Shown: piece by piece, positions 1 through 9,522 of the stretch
Numbering within the stretch: position 1 is the stretch's first letter
Layout of the letters: every line of letters starts with the position of its first letter
DNA from: Bacillus subtilis subsp. subtilis str. 168
GTDB taxonomy: Bacteria; Bacillota; Bacilli; Bacillales; Bacillaceae
DNA: 64,000 nucleotides
NCBI RefSeq assembly: GCF_000009045.1
Contig: NC_000964.3
Coordinates: 3,596,001-3,660,000 of the forward strand
Reading direction: 5' to 3'
The notes under the pieces: model-generated
What the model saw: only the letters and a program-made list of their open reading frames with translations
Databases searched by the model: none
Told to the model about the DNA's origin: nothing
Program-made: the position numbers and the translations under genes

Positions 1-546
1 GCAGGGGCGAGCCATATGACTCATCTGTACAACGCGATGAGCCCGTTTCATCACCGAGAGCCCGGAGTGATCGGAACGGCGCTGGCCCATGATGGGTTTG
101 TGACAGAGCTTATCGCCGATGGCATTCACTCCCATCCTTTAGCTGCAAAGCTTGCTTTTTTGGCGAAAGGCAGCAGCAAGCTCATTTTAATTACCGATTC
201 CATGAGGGCAAAAGGACTGAAAGACGGCGTATATGAGTTCGGCGGCCAAAGTGTGACGGTAAGAGGACGAACAGCACTTCTTTCAGACGGAACCCTTGCC
301 GGTTCGATCCTCAAAATGAACGAAGGCGCACGGCATATGCGTGAGTTTACAAATTGCTCTTGGACGGATATAGCTAATATAACTTCTGAAAACGCGGCCA
401 AACAGCTGGGCATCTTTGACCGAAAAGGCAGTGTGACTGTGGGAAAAGATGCAGATTTGGTGATTGTCAGCAGTGATTGCGAGGTGATTCTCACCATTTG
501 CCGCGGAAACATTGCATTTATATCCAAGGAGGCTGACCAGATATGA
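1..546 (+). CDS. nagA: N-acetylglucosamine-6-phosphate deacetylase (3' part, truncated by window start)
   Basis: Frame is open from base 1. Amidohydrolase motifs THLYNAM, ADGIHSHP, LITDSM and GTLAGS. Stop overlaps the nagB start (ATGA). Confidence 0.97.
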   Translation, partial: AGASHMTHLYNAMSPFHHREPGVIGTALAHDGFVTELIADGIHSHPLAAKLAFLAKGSSKLILITDSMRAKGLKDGVYEFGGQSVTVRGRTALLSDGTLAGSILKMNEGARHMREFTNCSWTDIANITSENAAKQLGIFDRKGSVTVGKDADLVIVSSDCEVILTICRGNIAFISKEADQI

Positions 547-1271
547 AAGTAATGGAATGTCAAACGTATGAAGAGCTAAGCCAAATAGCAGCCAGAATAA
601 CGGCAGATACAATCAAAGAAAAACCTGATGCTGTTCTCGGTTTAGCGACGGGCGGCACACCGGAAGGCACGTATCGCCAGCTGATCCGCCTGCACCAAAC
701 TGAGAATCTCTCATTTCAAAACATCACTACAGTTAATTTGGATGAGTACGCCGGACTTTCAAGCGATGACCCGAACAGCTATCACTTCTATATGAACGAC
801 CGTTTTTTTCAGCATATCGACAGCAAGCCTAGCCGGCATTTTATTCCGAATGGAAATGCAGACGATTTGGAGGCCGAATGCAGACGGTATGAACAGCTAG
901 TCGATTCCCTCGGCGACACTGACATTCAGCTTCTCGGCATCGGCCGAAACGGACACATCGGCTTTAACGAACCGGGAACGTCTTTCAAGTCGCGAACTCA
1001 TGTTGTGACATTAAATGAGCAAACCCGCCAAGCGAATGCCAGATATTTTCCCTCCATAGACAGCGTGCCGAAAAAAGCACTGACAATGGGAATTCAAACG
1101 ATACTCTCAAGCAAGCGCATTCTGCTGCTTATTTCTGGAAAAAGCAAAGCGGAAGCTGTTCGTAAGCTGTTAGAAGGAAACATAAGCGAAGATTTTCCCG
1201 CATCTGCTTTGCACCTGCATTCCGATGTTACGGTTTTGATTGATCGTGAAGCCGCGTCATTAAGACCTTGA
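543..1271 (+). CDS. nagB: Glucosamine-6-phosphate deaminase
   Basis: 242 aa with LGLATGGTP, NLDEY and GIGRNGHIGFNEPG motifs. Confidence 0.97.
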   Translation: MKVMECQTYEELSQIAARITADTIKEKPDAVLGLATGGTPEGTYRQLIRLHQTENLSFQNITTVNLDEYAGLSSDDPNSYHFYMNDRFFQHIDSKPSRHFIPNGNADDLEAECRRYEQLVDSLGDTDIQLLGIGRNGHIGFNEPGTSFKSRTHVVTLNEQTRQANARYFPSIDSVPKKALTMGIQTILSSKRILLLISGKSKAEAVRKLLEGNISEDFPASALHLHSDVTVLIDREAASLRP

Positions 1272-1288
1272 AAGGAACATGCTGACTT

Positions 1289-2020
1289 ATGAATATCAAT
1301 AAACAATCGCCTATTCCGATTTACTATCAGATTATGGAGCAATTAAAAACCCAAATTAAGAACGGAGAGCTGCAGCCGGATATGCCTCTTCCTTCTGAGC
1401 GCGAATATGCCGAACAATTCGGGATCAGCCGGATGACAGTTCGCCAGGCGCTTTCTAATTTAGTTAATGAAGGCTTGCTCTATCGCCTGAAAGGGCGGGG
1501 CACCTTTGTCAGCAAGCCAAAAATGGAACAAGCACTTCAAGGGCTGACAAGCTTTACCGAGGATATGAAAAGCCGCGGGATGACACCGGGCAGCAGGCTC
1601 ATTGATTATCAGCTTATTGATTCAACTGAGGAGCTCGCGGCTATATTAGGCTGCGGGCACCCCTCCTCTATCCATAAAATCACTCGGGTGCGGCTGGCAA
1701 ATGATATTCCGATGGCGATTGAGTCCTCACATATTCCGTTTGAGCTTGCGGGTGAATTGAACGAATCGCATTTTCAGTCGTCGATCTATGATCATATTGA
1801 AAGGTACAACAGCATACCGATTTCCCGTGCAAAACAGGAGCTTGAGCCAAGCGCTGCCACCACGGAAGAAGCGAATATTCTTGGTATTCAAAAGGGAGCG
1901 CCTGTCCTATTAATTAAACGAACAACATATCTGCAGAACGGAACTGCTTTTGAGCATGCAAAATCCGTATACAGAGGCGACCGTTATACATTTGTCCACT
2001 ATATGGATCGTCTTTCATAA
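1289..2020 (+). CDS. nagR: GntR/HutC-family repressor of GlcNAc utilisation (YvoA)
   Basis: N-terminal wHTH (LPSERE..ISRMTVRQAL) plus UTRA domain, directly after nagAB. Confidence 0.95.
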   Translation: MNINKQSPIPIYYQIMEQLKTQIKNGELQPDMPLPSEREYAEQFGISRMTVRQALSNLVNEGLLYRLKGRGTFVSKPKMEQALQGLTSFTEDMKSRGMTPGSRLIDYQLIDSTEELAAILGCGHPSSIHKITRVRLANDIPMAIESSHIPFELAGELNESHFQSSIYDHIERYNSIPISRAKQELEPSAATTEEANILGIQKGAPVLLIKRTTYLQNGTAFEHAKSVYRGDRYTFVHYMDRLS

Positions 2021-2052
2021 AAAAAGCCTCCAACCCTTTTTAAGGATTGGAG
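2019..2052 (-). terminator. Intrinsic terminator of yvnB (possibly bidirectional with nagR)
   Basis: Imperfect hairpin ctccaa..cctt/aagg..ttggag next to an A7 run, which is a U-tract on the minus strand. Confidence 0.6.
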
Positions 2053-5000
2053 ACATGGCGAAAATCAAACTGGTCTGGTGCCGGACGATATGTTTCTTTT
2101 TTCGTCTTGAACTTCCAGATCGGTGATTTCGTTTTGCCGTTAAAACTGTCTTCCACTATAATGTACCAATAATAAACAGACTGCGGTTCAAGATGATCCC
2201 AGCGGAATTCAGCTGTGTCCCCGCTCTTCACTTGCTCCCGTTTTCCGAGCTCTTCATTGGTATATACGTTACATTCAAAATAATCGGTTTCCACCTTTTT
2301 GATTCTTGGCTTCAAATCAAGCGAAAGGGAAAATTCATCCTTGTTGCCATAGGTATCCGTATCATAGTAGTTCTTATCCTTTACATACGGAGAGTACGTC
2401 GATACGTGCACCATGTCATTGGCTTGGTCAAATTGAAGCAAACGCAAATACCCTTGGCCGCCTTCTGGCCCGCCCTGATAATCGGCCAGCATTTGATGCA
2501 CAAGACGATCCGGTTTCCCATCACCATCATCATCCAGCTCATCTGTTTTTCTCATCGCACTATGATAATGCCCGCTCAACACCATCACGACATTCGGGTT
2601 CGGCTTTACGATTTCTTTGAATATTTTCTCTCCGATTGGGCTTCTGTTTCCGCTGACCAGCAAATACTCATGAAAAGCTAAAATGGCCATCCGGTCAGGA
2701 TGCTTCTTCAGCACCTGATTCATCCACGCGATGTCTTCATCCGTAATGCCCCATCCCATGTACAGCATGATATAATCATTGCCGTTGCTAGAAATCAGGT
2801 CATAATGTCCGCGGTTATTTTTATAGGAACCGCCATAATGAAATTTTTTATCAAAACGATCGCTGCCAAAATATTTGCCAAACGCCCTGTAGGAGCCGTC
2901 CTTATGTCCGACATCGTGATTGCCGGCCAGCACGCCGTAAGGAATTCCGCTCTTATCCAGAACGGACATTGACCGATCAGCGTTTTTCCACTGTCTGATA
3001 TCGGCGGAATCATCTACAATATCACCCGTGTGGAACACATATTTGATATTGAGCTGCTTTTGATTATCTTTTATCCATTCGGTCTGTTTATCAAAAATAT
3101 GCGGATAGCTTTCGGCGTAATACTGTGTATCAGACATCCAGACAAATGTGTACATATCCTTCGCAGGAGGAATTTCATCCTGTACAATCACATTCATTTT
3201 CGACTCCCGTACAAAATCGGCGGCAATCACAGACGCTTTCAGCGTAAACGGTTTGTCATCCTTCGCGACGAAGCTGTCAACAGGCTGCCATTCGTTTGTC
3301 CGATAATTCCAAGCATACATCGTCACCTTTCTCCCCGGCAAAGAACTGCCCTTCCAGACTGATTCTGCCAGATCATTCTCATCAATTGATGGATCAACCG
3401 TCACTTCAAAGCGATGATAAGGGAAAAGCTCTTTGTTTTCTGTCGATACTGTTTTTCCATCAGCAGCTGATACCCGCTCCAATTCTTTATTCGTAAATGG
3501 GGTCTCCCTTTCCGGCACAAAGCTTTTCGGCGGTTCAGTCAGTGACGCGTGCTTAAATATTTTCACATGATTGCGCGCTGTATATTGAAATCCCCTATAA
3601 AAACCAACATCCATGGCATCATTCGTCGGATCTTTCACCCGTACAGAAAGCTTGGCCTTATGCGTGTCGGCTTCGCTGTCTATAACCTCCGGCTGGTCCG
3701 GATGCTCTCGTTCGGTTTTAAATATCCTCTCAATCACTGTTTTATTGCCCGCGAGATCCGTTGCTGTCACTTTTAGAGAATGTTTTCCCGGCAAAAGGTC
3801 AGAAGATGACGTATGATATGGGAGTGTAATGCTTTCTCCATCTAACGACGCCTCCGCTTCCTCAATTCTGCTCCATTTATCATACATATCCGCCTGCAGG
3901 ATAAGGTTTCCTTTATACGTTTGCCCCTCGGTGATATTCGGCTCAATGTGAGGTCCTGAATTATCTACCCGTACAACCAGGCTGACATTTTCCTTCCCGT
4001 CGCTTGCTTGAATATGGTGAGCGCCTTCAGAAAGCTTTGATGTATCCCACTCCAGCAGCTGTGATGTAAATAGTCCGTCAGGCAGATTGAACTGAAATTG
4101 CCAGCTTTTATTCGAGCGCTGATTATCGCCAATAAAGAGTTCCTTCTCAGGAGACACCCTCTGATCTCTGATCACCGTTCCATCCGATAACACCAATCGG
4201 GCGTTTTTGACTAAGAAGTCATCACGGTTTTCAGCCGTATCAAACGGAGACACCTTCGAACCTGAACGTATCGTAATACGCTGCAGCTGCTTCCCTTTCC
4301 GAAGCAGTGTCTCTGGCAATGGAACAGAATAGGTGCGGTATTTATTTGTTGTATCATCGAACACCTTCAGCACTTTGCCTTCCATCGTTACCGCGTTTTT
4401 AAAATAAAGGTTCGTTTTCCTCGTATCGAATGCAAAATATACTTCTTTTTCCATCGCGGGCTCTGTCACTTGTTTTTTCCCGTCAATCCATAGCTTAATG
4501 CTGTCAGCTCGCCCTTCTGTCGTGGCTTTGAGAAATTGAGTTCCCGACAGCGTGTCTCTGTTTTCAATATTCATCCGCAGACCGTGCGCCTTGCTTGTTT
4601 GTTTAATATCAATCATTTTGACCGGCGTTCTCGCTTCATTGATCCCGTCCCCGGCCGCCACATAATACTCTAGCTGATCCTTCCCGATCAATTCAGGCGA
4701 ATACACAATATAATGGAAGAGATTATCGTTGCGGTCTTTTTCAGCAAGAATTCGCTTAAACGGTTTGTTCTCATCCGTCCGGTAGTAAAAGGCCACTGTT
4801 TTCACTAGGCTTCGGTCCCGTATGTCAGCCCGCAGCTCAATGCTTTCAGCAGGGCGGACAGGCTTGCGGTCAGTCAAATCCTCAATGACCGGCTTTTCTT
4901 TATCGAGCTTGATTTTCCGTTTCTGGTCGGGCACCTGTGCCTGTAATACGGTTCCGGGAGACGGATTCTTTTCCCCGATTGAAATGTTCAGAAGTTCTGC

Positions 5001-5909
5001 TGTTCCGTTCAGTGGATACTTATAAAGCACTGATGACAGCCGGCGCAGCGCATGTTTCCGATAATGCGCAACCGAAATGTCCTTTCCTGTATTCGTTGAT
5101 ATCACAACGGCCCGCGGCCTCGTATTGGCCATACCCTCTGTCTCGTCTATCACCGCAAGATTTTTTCCTTCTTTTAGTTGTGTCTGATAATAACGATTGA
5201 AATCCGCTGACGTCAATTCTGGATGCCCGGCAGGCTTCAGCCAGACGACAAACGTTTCGCCGGATGGTATCAAGATCCTTTCATCAGGTCTCCAAATCAG
5301 ATCGGAGTCAGGCCCTTCTTTTGGGTAGCGGTAACGGATATGGTAGTCTTTAAAATCAATCGTTCTGTCAGTCGTATTAAAAATCTCAATAAATTCATAA
5401 CCGTCTGCGCGTCCTATATTCTTCGTATCAACCGCCAGCTCTGTGATCAGAAGCTCCGGAATATGGGCAAGGTCAGCCTGGTATCCTTCAAGCTTCAGTT
5501 TCTTCGTCTCCGACTCAACCCGCTGCTTCCCATTCGACATCACAATGTAATACTCAAGCTCGCTGTTCCAAATCAAACGTTTCGGAATTTGTGCCAAAAA
5601 CTTGCGGACCGCTCCGGGGGTCGGGTCCATCGGCACCATTTTGTAGCCCAGCTCATTACTTTGTTTATAAAAAAGAAAGGCGGAAAATGCTTGATACGAA
5701 TTATCGCGAACTTGAGCCTCAATCATTAGATTGCTTCTCATTTCAGCTTTCACATCAATTTGAGGAGGATTTTCAAGCAAGGGTATGTAATGAGGCGTTT
5801 GAAATAGTTCCTGCTGTACAACAGGAAAAGCTTTCGATTCATGATGGCCGCCAGACAAAACGGAAAGAAAAGACAGTAATATAGAAGCAATAACCGTGTA
5901 TTTCCTCAT
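2040..5909 (-). CDS. yvnB: Large secreted protein: lamin-tail-like domain, Ig/FN3-like repeats, C-terminal calcineurin-like metallophosphoesterase
   Basis: 1289 aa from the ATG after SD GGAGGTG. Signal peptide; ELLITEL..EFIEIFN (LTD-like); motifs SDTQ, GDIVD, GNHD, GHYH. Confidence 0.9.
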   Translation of the reverse strand: MRKYTVIASILLSFLSVLSGGHHESKAFPVVQQELFQTPHYIPLLENPPQIDVKAEMRSNLMIEAQVRDNSYQAFSAFLFYKQSNELGYKMVPMDPTPGAVRKFLAQIPKRLIWNSELEYYIVMSNGKQRVESETKKLKLEGYQADLAHIPELLITELAVDTKNIGRADGYEFIEIFNTTDRTIDFKDYHIRYRYPKEGPDSDLIWRPDERILIPSGETFVVWLKPAGHPELTSADFNRYYQTQLKEGKNLAVIDETEGMANTRPRAVVISTNTGKDISVAHYRKHALRRLSSVLYKYPLNGTAELLNISIGEKNPSPGTVLQAQVPDQKRKIKLDKEKPVIEDLTDRKPVRPAESIELRADIRDRSLVKTVAFYYRTDENKPFKRILAEKDRNDNLFHYIVYSPELIGKDQLEYYVAAGDGINEARTPVKMIDIKQTSKAHGLRMNIENRDTLSGTQFLKATTEGRADSIKLWIDGKKQVTEPAMEKEVYFAFDTRKTNLYFKNAVTMEGKVLKVFDDTTNKYRTYSVPLPETLLRKGKQLQRITIRSGSKVSPFDTAENRDDFLVKNARLVLSDGTVIRDQRVSPEKELFIGDNQRSNKSWQFQFNLPDGLFTSQLLEWDTSKLSEGAHHIQASDGKENVSLVVRVDNSGPHIEPNITEGQTYKGNLILQADMYDKWSRIEEAEASLDGESITLPYHTSSSDLLPGKHSLKVTATDLAGNKTVIERIFKTEREHPDQPEVIDSEADTHKAKLSVRVKDPTNDAMDVGFYRGFQYTARNHVKIFKHASLTEPPKSFVPERETPFTNKELERVSAADGKTVSTENKELFPYHRFEVTVDPSIDENDLAESVWKGSSLPGRKVTMYAWNYRTNEWQPVDSFVAKDDKPFTLKASVIAADFVRESKMNVIVQDEIPPAKDMYTFVWMSDTQYYAESYPHIFDKQTEWIKDNQKQLNIKYVFHTGDIVDDSADIRQWKNADRSMSVLDKSGIPYGVLAGNHDVGHKDGSYRAFGKYFGSDRFDKKFHYGGSYKNNRGHYDLISSNGNDYIMLYMGWGITDEDIAWMNQVLKKHPDRMAILAFHEYLLVSGNRSPIGEKIFKEIVKPNPNVVMVLSGHYHSAMRKTDELDDDGDGKPDRLVHQMLADYQGGPEGGQGYLRLLQFDQANDMVHVSTYSPYVKDKNYYDTDTYGNKDEFSLSLDLKPRIKKVETDYFECNVYTNEELGKREQVKSGDTAEFRWDHLEPQSVYYWYIIVEDSFNGKTKSPIWKFKTKKETYRPAPDQFDFRHVSNP

Positions 5910-6014
5910 CAAAGCACCTCCCTTTTCATGTATTTTGCGTCTGAACAGGGAAGCTTATGAGTTCATTTTTGTGCATAAAGAACAAAAAAACGTCTGTCTC
6001 TTGAAAATTCCACT

Positions 6015-6050
6015 ATTACCCAGTAAACTAAGGATAGTTAACCAGTTAAC
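6015..6050. promoter_or_regulatory. Two PchR(YvmB)-box-like 14-mers in the yvnB/yvnA divergent region
   Basis: ATTACCCAGTAAAC (6015-6028) and GTTAACCAGTTAAC (6037-6050) resemble the GTTTACTAGTAAAC palindrome upstream of yvmC. Confidence 0.7.
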
Positions 6051-6073
6051 AATTAAATCAGAGAGGCAAATTG

Positions 6074-6547
6074 ATGGACAACAGCATTCATGATGAATTA
6101 TTTCAAGCTATACAACAATTCGCATTAAAAAGGGATAAACGCGTCTGGCAAAAGGTGCAGATACCATCCATTGGCATATCCTCACAACATCACGATCACC
6201 TCAAAAAAGACTGGACTTTGACCCAGCTTCACATTGTTTCCTGCATACATACCAGCCAAAATGTGAACAACAGCTTCTTAGCATCCCGTTTACACATCTC
6301 AAAAGCCGCTGTTTCAAAAGCGGTTCATGCTTTGTTGAAACACAATATCATTACAGTGACAAAAAAGCCTGGCAACAAAAAAGAAATTTTTTATACGCTA
6401 ACTGATAGCGGCAGAAAATTGGCGGCATTACATGAACAGCTTCATGAGAAAGCAAAGGAGCAATATAAACAGCTTTTCAATGAATTTTCAATTGATGATT
6501 TAAAAACAGTGACTGCGTTTTTCAACTTGTGGATCAAATATATGTAA
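6074..6547 (+). CDS. yvnA: MarR-family transcriptional regulator
   Basis: 157 aa wHTH (LHISKAAVSKAV..NKKEIFYTLTDSG); paralogous to PchR. Confidence 0.9.
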   Translation: MDNSIHDELFQAIQQFALKRDKRVWQKVQIPSIGISSQHHDHLKKDWTLTQLHIVSCIHTSQNVNNSFLASRLHISKAAVSKAVHALLKHNIITVTKKPGNKKEIFYTLTDSGRKLAALHEQLHEKAKEQYKQLFNEFSIDDLKTVTAFFNLWIKYM

Positions 6548-6587
6548 AAAGAGTCTCACCCGCATGGGAGAGACCTTTGGAATTCTA

Positions 6588-7805
6588 TTATGCCCCGTCA
6601 AACGCAACGAGAAGTGAAACAGGTCCGCGTGTATACAGACCGGACTCAGCATAACAAAAATCTTCCTCTAATCTGATATTCCGCATCTTATCCAGCACAA
6701 TATTAGCTACAATTTCGATTTCGTTTTTGGCAAAAGCTGCTCCTACACAGTTATGAATGCCGGATCCGAAAGCGAGATGCCGGGCGGCGCCGCTAAAAGC
6801 GCTCTTGATACCAAGATCTTCCCGATGAATATTAAACACGTCAGGCTGTTCAAATGCTTCAGGGTCCCGGTTAGCCGCACCGATCATACAAAAAACAATC
6901 GTATCTTTTTTGATTTCCATACCGCCGACCACTGTATCTTGGGACAGCTGCCGCGGAATCAGCTGAACCGGCGGTTTATAACGCAATGTCTCCGCAATGG
7001 CTCTCGGAACTAACGAACGGTCAGCCAAAACATCATTCATCTGCTCAGGATTGTTGAGCAAATGGTAGATCATCAGTGCCAGCGTCTTATCAGCCGGTTC
7101 CGTTGCGGCTAACAGCACATTAAGAATCAGTGCGAGTATATCCTTGTCCGACAGCGCCATGCCTTCATATTCAGAAGTACATAGGATCGAAATTAAATCT
7201 GATCCCGGATTGACGCGACGTTCTTTAATGACCGGCATCAAGTATTGGGAAAGCTGTTCGCTGCACCATAACGAATGTGCCCGCGCTTCAGGAGATTGAG
7301 AGATACTCGTGATAAAATCGGCAACTCCGCTGTGCCACTCAGAGATTTTTTCATGGTCTCTTTTATCCAGCCCGAGCATGTCCATCGTGACGCACACCGC
7401 AAACGTCTTTCCAAAATCATTGACGAGATCACTTTTCCCTCTTTCAAGATAAGGCGCTAACAAGTTTTCTGCATTTTGTTTAATCAATGGAGACAGATGA
7501 TCCAGTGCGTCACCGATAAAGCTTCTCACTACAATTCTTCTTTTGGCAGAGTGTTCTTTTCCATGCATTTGGGCCAGCACAGGGCCTCGCATGACTGGTT
7601 CGGCACGCTCAACAAGTGATTTCGTCGTGAAGATATCCGGATGCTGAAGGATATAGCGGACATCATGATAGCGGCTGATAAAATAACTGTCTATCGACTC
7701 TTCATAATGAACCGGATCTTCCTCCCGCAGTTGTGAAAAATAAGCATATGGATTGTTTTGAAATTGATCAGAAAGCACACTAAACAATTTAATCGATTGG
7801 CTCAT
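6588..7805 (-). CDS. cypX: Cytochrome P450 CYP134A1, pulcherriminic acid synthase
   Basis: 405 aa with I-helix AATEP, ExxR (ETLR) and heme motif FGSGIHNCVG; directly downstream of yvmC. Confidence 0.96.
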   Translation of the reverse strand: MSQSIKLFSVLSDQFQNNPYAYFSQLREEDPVHYEESIDSYFISRYHDVRYILQHPDIFTTKSLVERAEPVMRGPVLAQMHGKEHSAKRRIVVRSFIGDALDHLSPLIKQNAENLLAPYLERGKSDLVNDFGKTFAVCVTMDMLGLDKRDHEKISEWHSGVADFITSISQSPEARAHSLWCSEQLSQYLMPVIKERRVNPGSDLISILCTSEYEGMALSDKDILALILNVLLAATEPADKTLALMIYHLLNNPEQMNDVLADRSLVPRAIAETLRYKPPVQLIPRQLSQDTVVGGMEIKKDTIVFCMIGAANRDPEAFEQPDVFNIHREDLGIKSAFSGAARHLAFGSGIHNCVGAAFAKNEIEIVANIVLDKMRNIRLEEDFCYAESGLYTRGPVSLLVAFDGA

Positions 7806-7820
7806 GTTTTACTCCCCCTA

Positions 7821-8567
7821 TCATCCTTCAGATGTGATCCGTTTCTCAGAAAGCATCTGCGCCATTTCCTGTACAATGAGATACCCTTGATTCGGCCGCA
7901 TACAAATAGAAAATTCATGGTTACTGATCTTCTCACCCAGCTTCCACGGACGATGATAAGCAAGGAGTGTCTCTTCCACCTCTAAAATATCCGGAGCTCC
8001 GATAAAAAACGGCAGCTCAGCTATGACATATTCCACAGCCAAATTCAGCATATCCTCACTGACTTCTTCCATCATCAAACTGACGCCCCGCGCACGCCCG
8101 ATTATCGCTTCACGAGACATGTCCAAACAAGCATGTCGAAAATGAGGCTGCTCAAAAAATGCATGTTCAACTTCTTGTCTCAACAGCTGGTAGGCTTTGT
8201 TATCTATAAAATCAGAAAATGTATGAATCGCCTTCGGATCCCCGCCATGAGCCACAAGGGCTCTTTCTGCAAATCTCCTGTTTCGTGATACCTCTTTCCT
8301 TACTTTTCGTTCAGCCTTTCCTCTCGGAGTTCCAAGCGCTTCTAGAAGATTAGCCGCCTCATGCCCTGCAAGTAAAACTGAAACGCTTTTAAATTGAGCT
8401 TTCGCCCATCCAATTAATCTGTAAATATAATCCTCTGAAAACCTGCTGTTAAATGGGCTGATCCCCACCAAAACATGCCTGCGCCGTTCAAATATTTCTC
8501 TGCAGTTTTCTGTTAATGCCTCAGCAATAAAATGCACAGACCTTCTTTCCGTTACCATTCCGGTCAT
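7821..8567 (-). CDS. yvmC: tRNA-dependent cyclodipeptide synthase (cyclo-L-Leu-L-Leu)
   Basis: 248 aa from the ATG after SD GGGGTG. CDPS motifs [10 protein letters not shown] (HxxxGxS) and YVIAELP (YxxxExP). Confidence 0.96.
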   Translation of the reverse strand: MTGMVTERRSVHFIAEALTENCREIFERRRHVLVGISPFNSRFSEDYIYRLIGWAKAQFKSVSVLLAGHEAANLLEALGTPRGKAERKVRKEVSRNRRFAERALVAHGGDPKAIHTFSDFIDNKAYQLLRQEVEHAFFEQPHFRHACLDMSREAIIGRARGVSLMMEEVSEDMLNLAVEYVIAELPFFIGAPDILEVEETLLAYHRPWKLGEKISNHEFSICMRPNQGYLIVQEMAQMLSEKRITSEG

Positions 8568-8726
8568 CTCATTCACCCCTAAAACTTATCCCGCTTTAAG
8601 TCATCACCCTCAAATACAAGATGGAATAGCTAGAACAACTGAACAAGACGAATGGCAGGCATCACTTAAAGTTTCCAAATGTTTTTTAAGATTTTAATAA
8701 TCATTTTCAATACCCATATCATGATA

Positions 8727-8746
8727 AATGTTTACTAGTAAACATT
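8727..8746. promoter_or_regulatory. PchR operator upstream of yvmC
   Basis: Perfect 20-bp palindrome AATGTTTACTAGTAAACATT. Confidence 0.85.
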
Positions 8747-8889
8747 AGTCATTTTATCCCTTTTCCTTCCAAACGTCAATATGATCTGTGCCCAAATATT
8801 TGAAAATAAATGTAAACATCACATTTTCCACACACTTTTTACACGCATATTCAGCATGACATATCAACAAATAGTCTAAACACCAACAA

Positions 8890-8918
8890 TTGACAACGAA
8901 AACAAGAAAAGATAAAAT
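8890..8918 (+). promoter_or_regulatory. Sigma-A promoter of pchR-yvmA
   Basis: TTGACA-N17-TAAAAT. Confidence 0.8.
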
Positions 8919-8924
8919 AAAATT

Positions 8925-8965
8925 GTTCACCAGTAAACGATTTGTTTTATTGTTTCATCGTAAAC
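8925..8965. promoter_or_regulatory. Two PchR boxes (autorepression)
   Basis: GTTCACCAGTAAAC (8925-8938) and GTTTCATCGTAAAC (8952-8965), just downstream of the -10. Confidence 0.8.
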
Positions 8966-8992
8966 TATTATTCCTAAGAAAGAAGGTAGCCT

Positions 8993-9502
8993 ATGTCTGA
9001 TTTGACAAAACAGATGATATACGACATATACGTGAGACTGCTGCACCTTAATGAACAAAAAGCGAACACTTCACTTCAGCAATTTTTTAAGGAGGCCGCA
9101 GAAGAGGATGTAGCTGAAATTCCCAAAAATATGACAAGCATTCACGTCATTGACTGCATCGGCCAGCATGAACCCATTAATAATGCCGGAATTGCCAGAA
9201 AAATGAACTTATCGAAAGCGAATGTAACGAAAATCAGCACAAAACTGATCAAGGAAGAATTCATTAACAGCTATCAGCTGACAGATAACAAAAAAGAAGT
9301 TTATTTTAAATTAACCCGTAAAGGCAGACGGATTTTCGACTTACATGAGAAACTGCATAAAAAAAAGGAGCTGGCTTTTTACCAATTCCTCGATTCATTT
9401 TCACAAGAAGAACAAAAGGCTGTATTGAAGTTTCTAGAGCAGTTGACGTCAACACTTGAAGCAGAACAAACCGATGGGACTCCAGACAAACCTGTAAAGT
9501 AA
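8993..9502 (+). CDS. pchR: MarR-family repressor of pulcherriminic acid synthesis (YvmB)
   Basis: 169 aa wHTH ([23 protein letters not shown]), divergent from yvmC. Confidence 0.92.
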   Translation: MSDLTKQMIYDIYVRLLHLNEQKANTSLQQFFKEAAEEDVAEIPKNMTSIHVIDCIGQHEPINNAGIARKMNLSKANVTKISTKLIKEEFINSYQLTDNKKEVYFKLTRKGRRIFDLHEKLHKKKELAFYQFLDSFSQEEQKAVLKFLEQLTSTLEAEQTDGTPDKPVK

Positions 9503-9522
9503 ACAAAAAGGCGGTGTACACT

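Noticed and set aside
2193-5884. Many 60-170 aa plus-strand ORFs opposite yvnB (similar shadows lie opposite uvrA/uvrB, secA, flgK and the tua genes)
   Set aside because: They are antisense shadows of long genuine CDSs, with no SD, no recognisable motifs and atypical composition.
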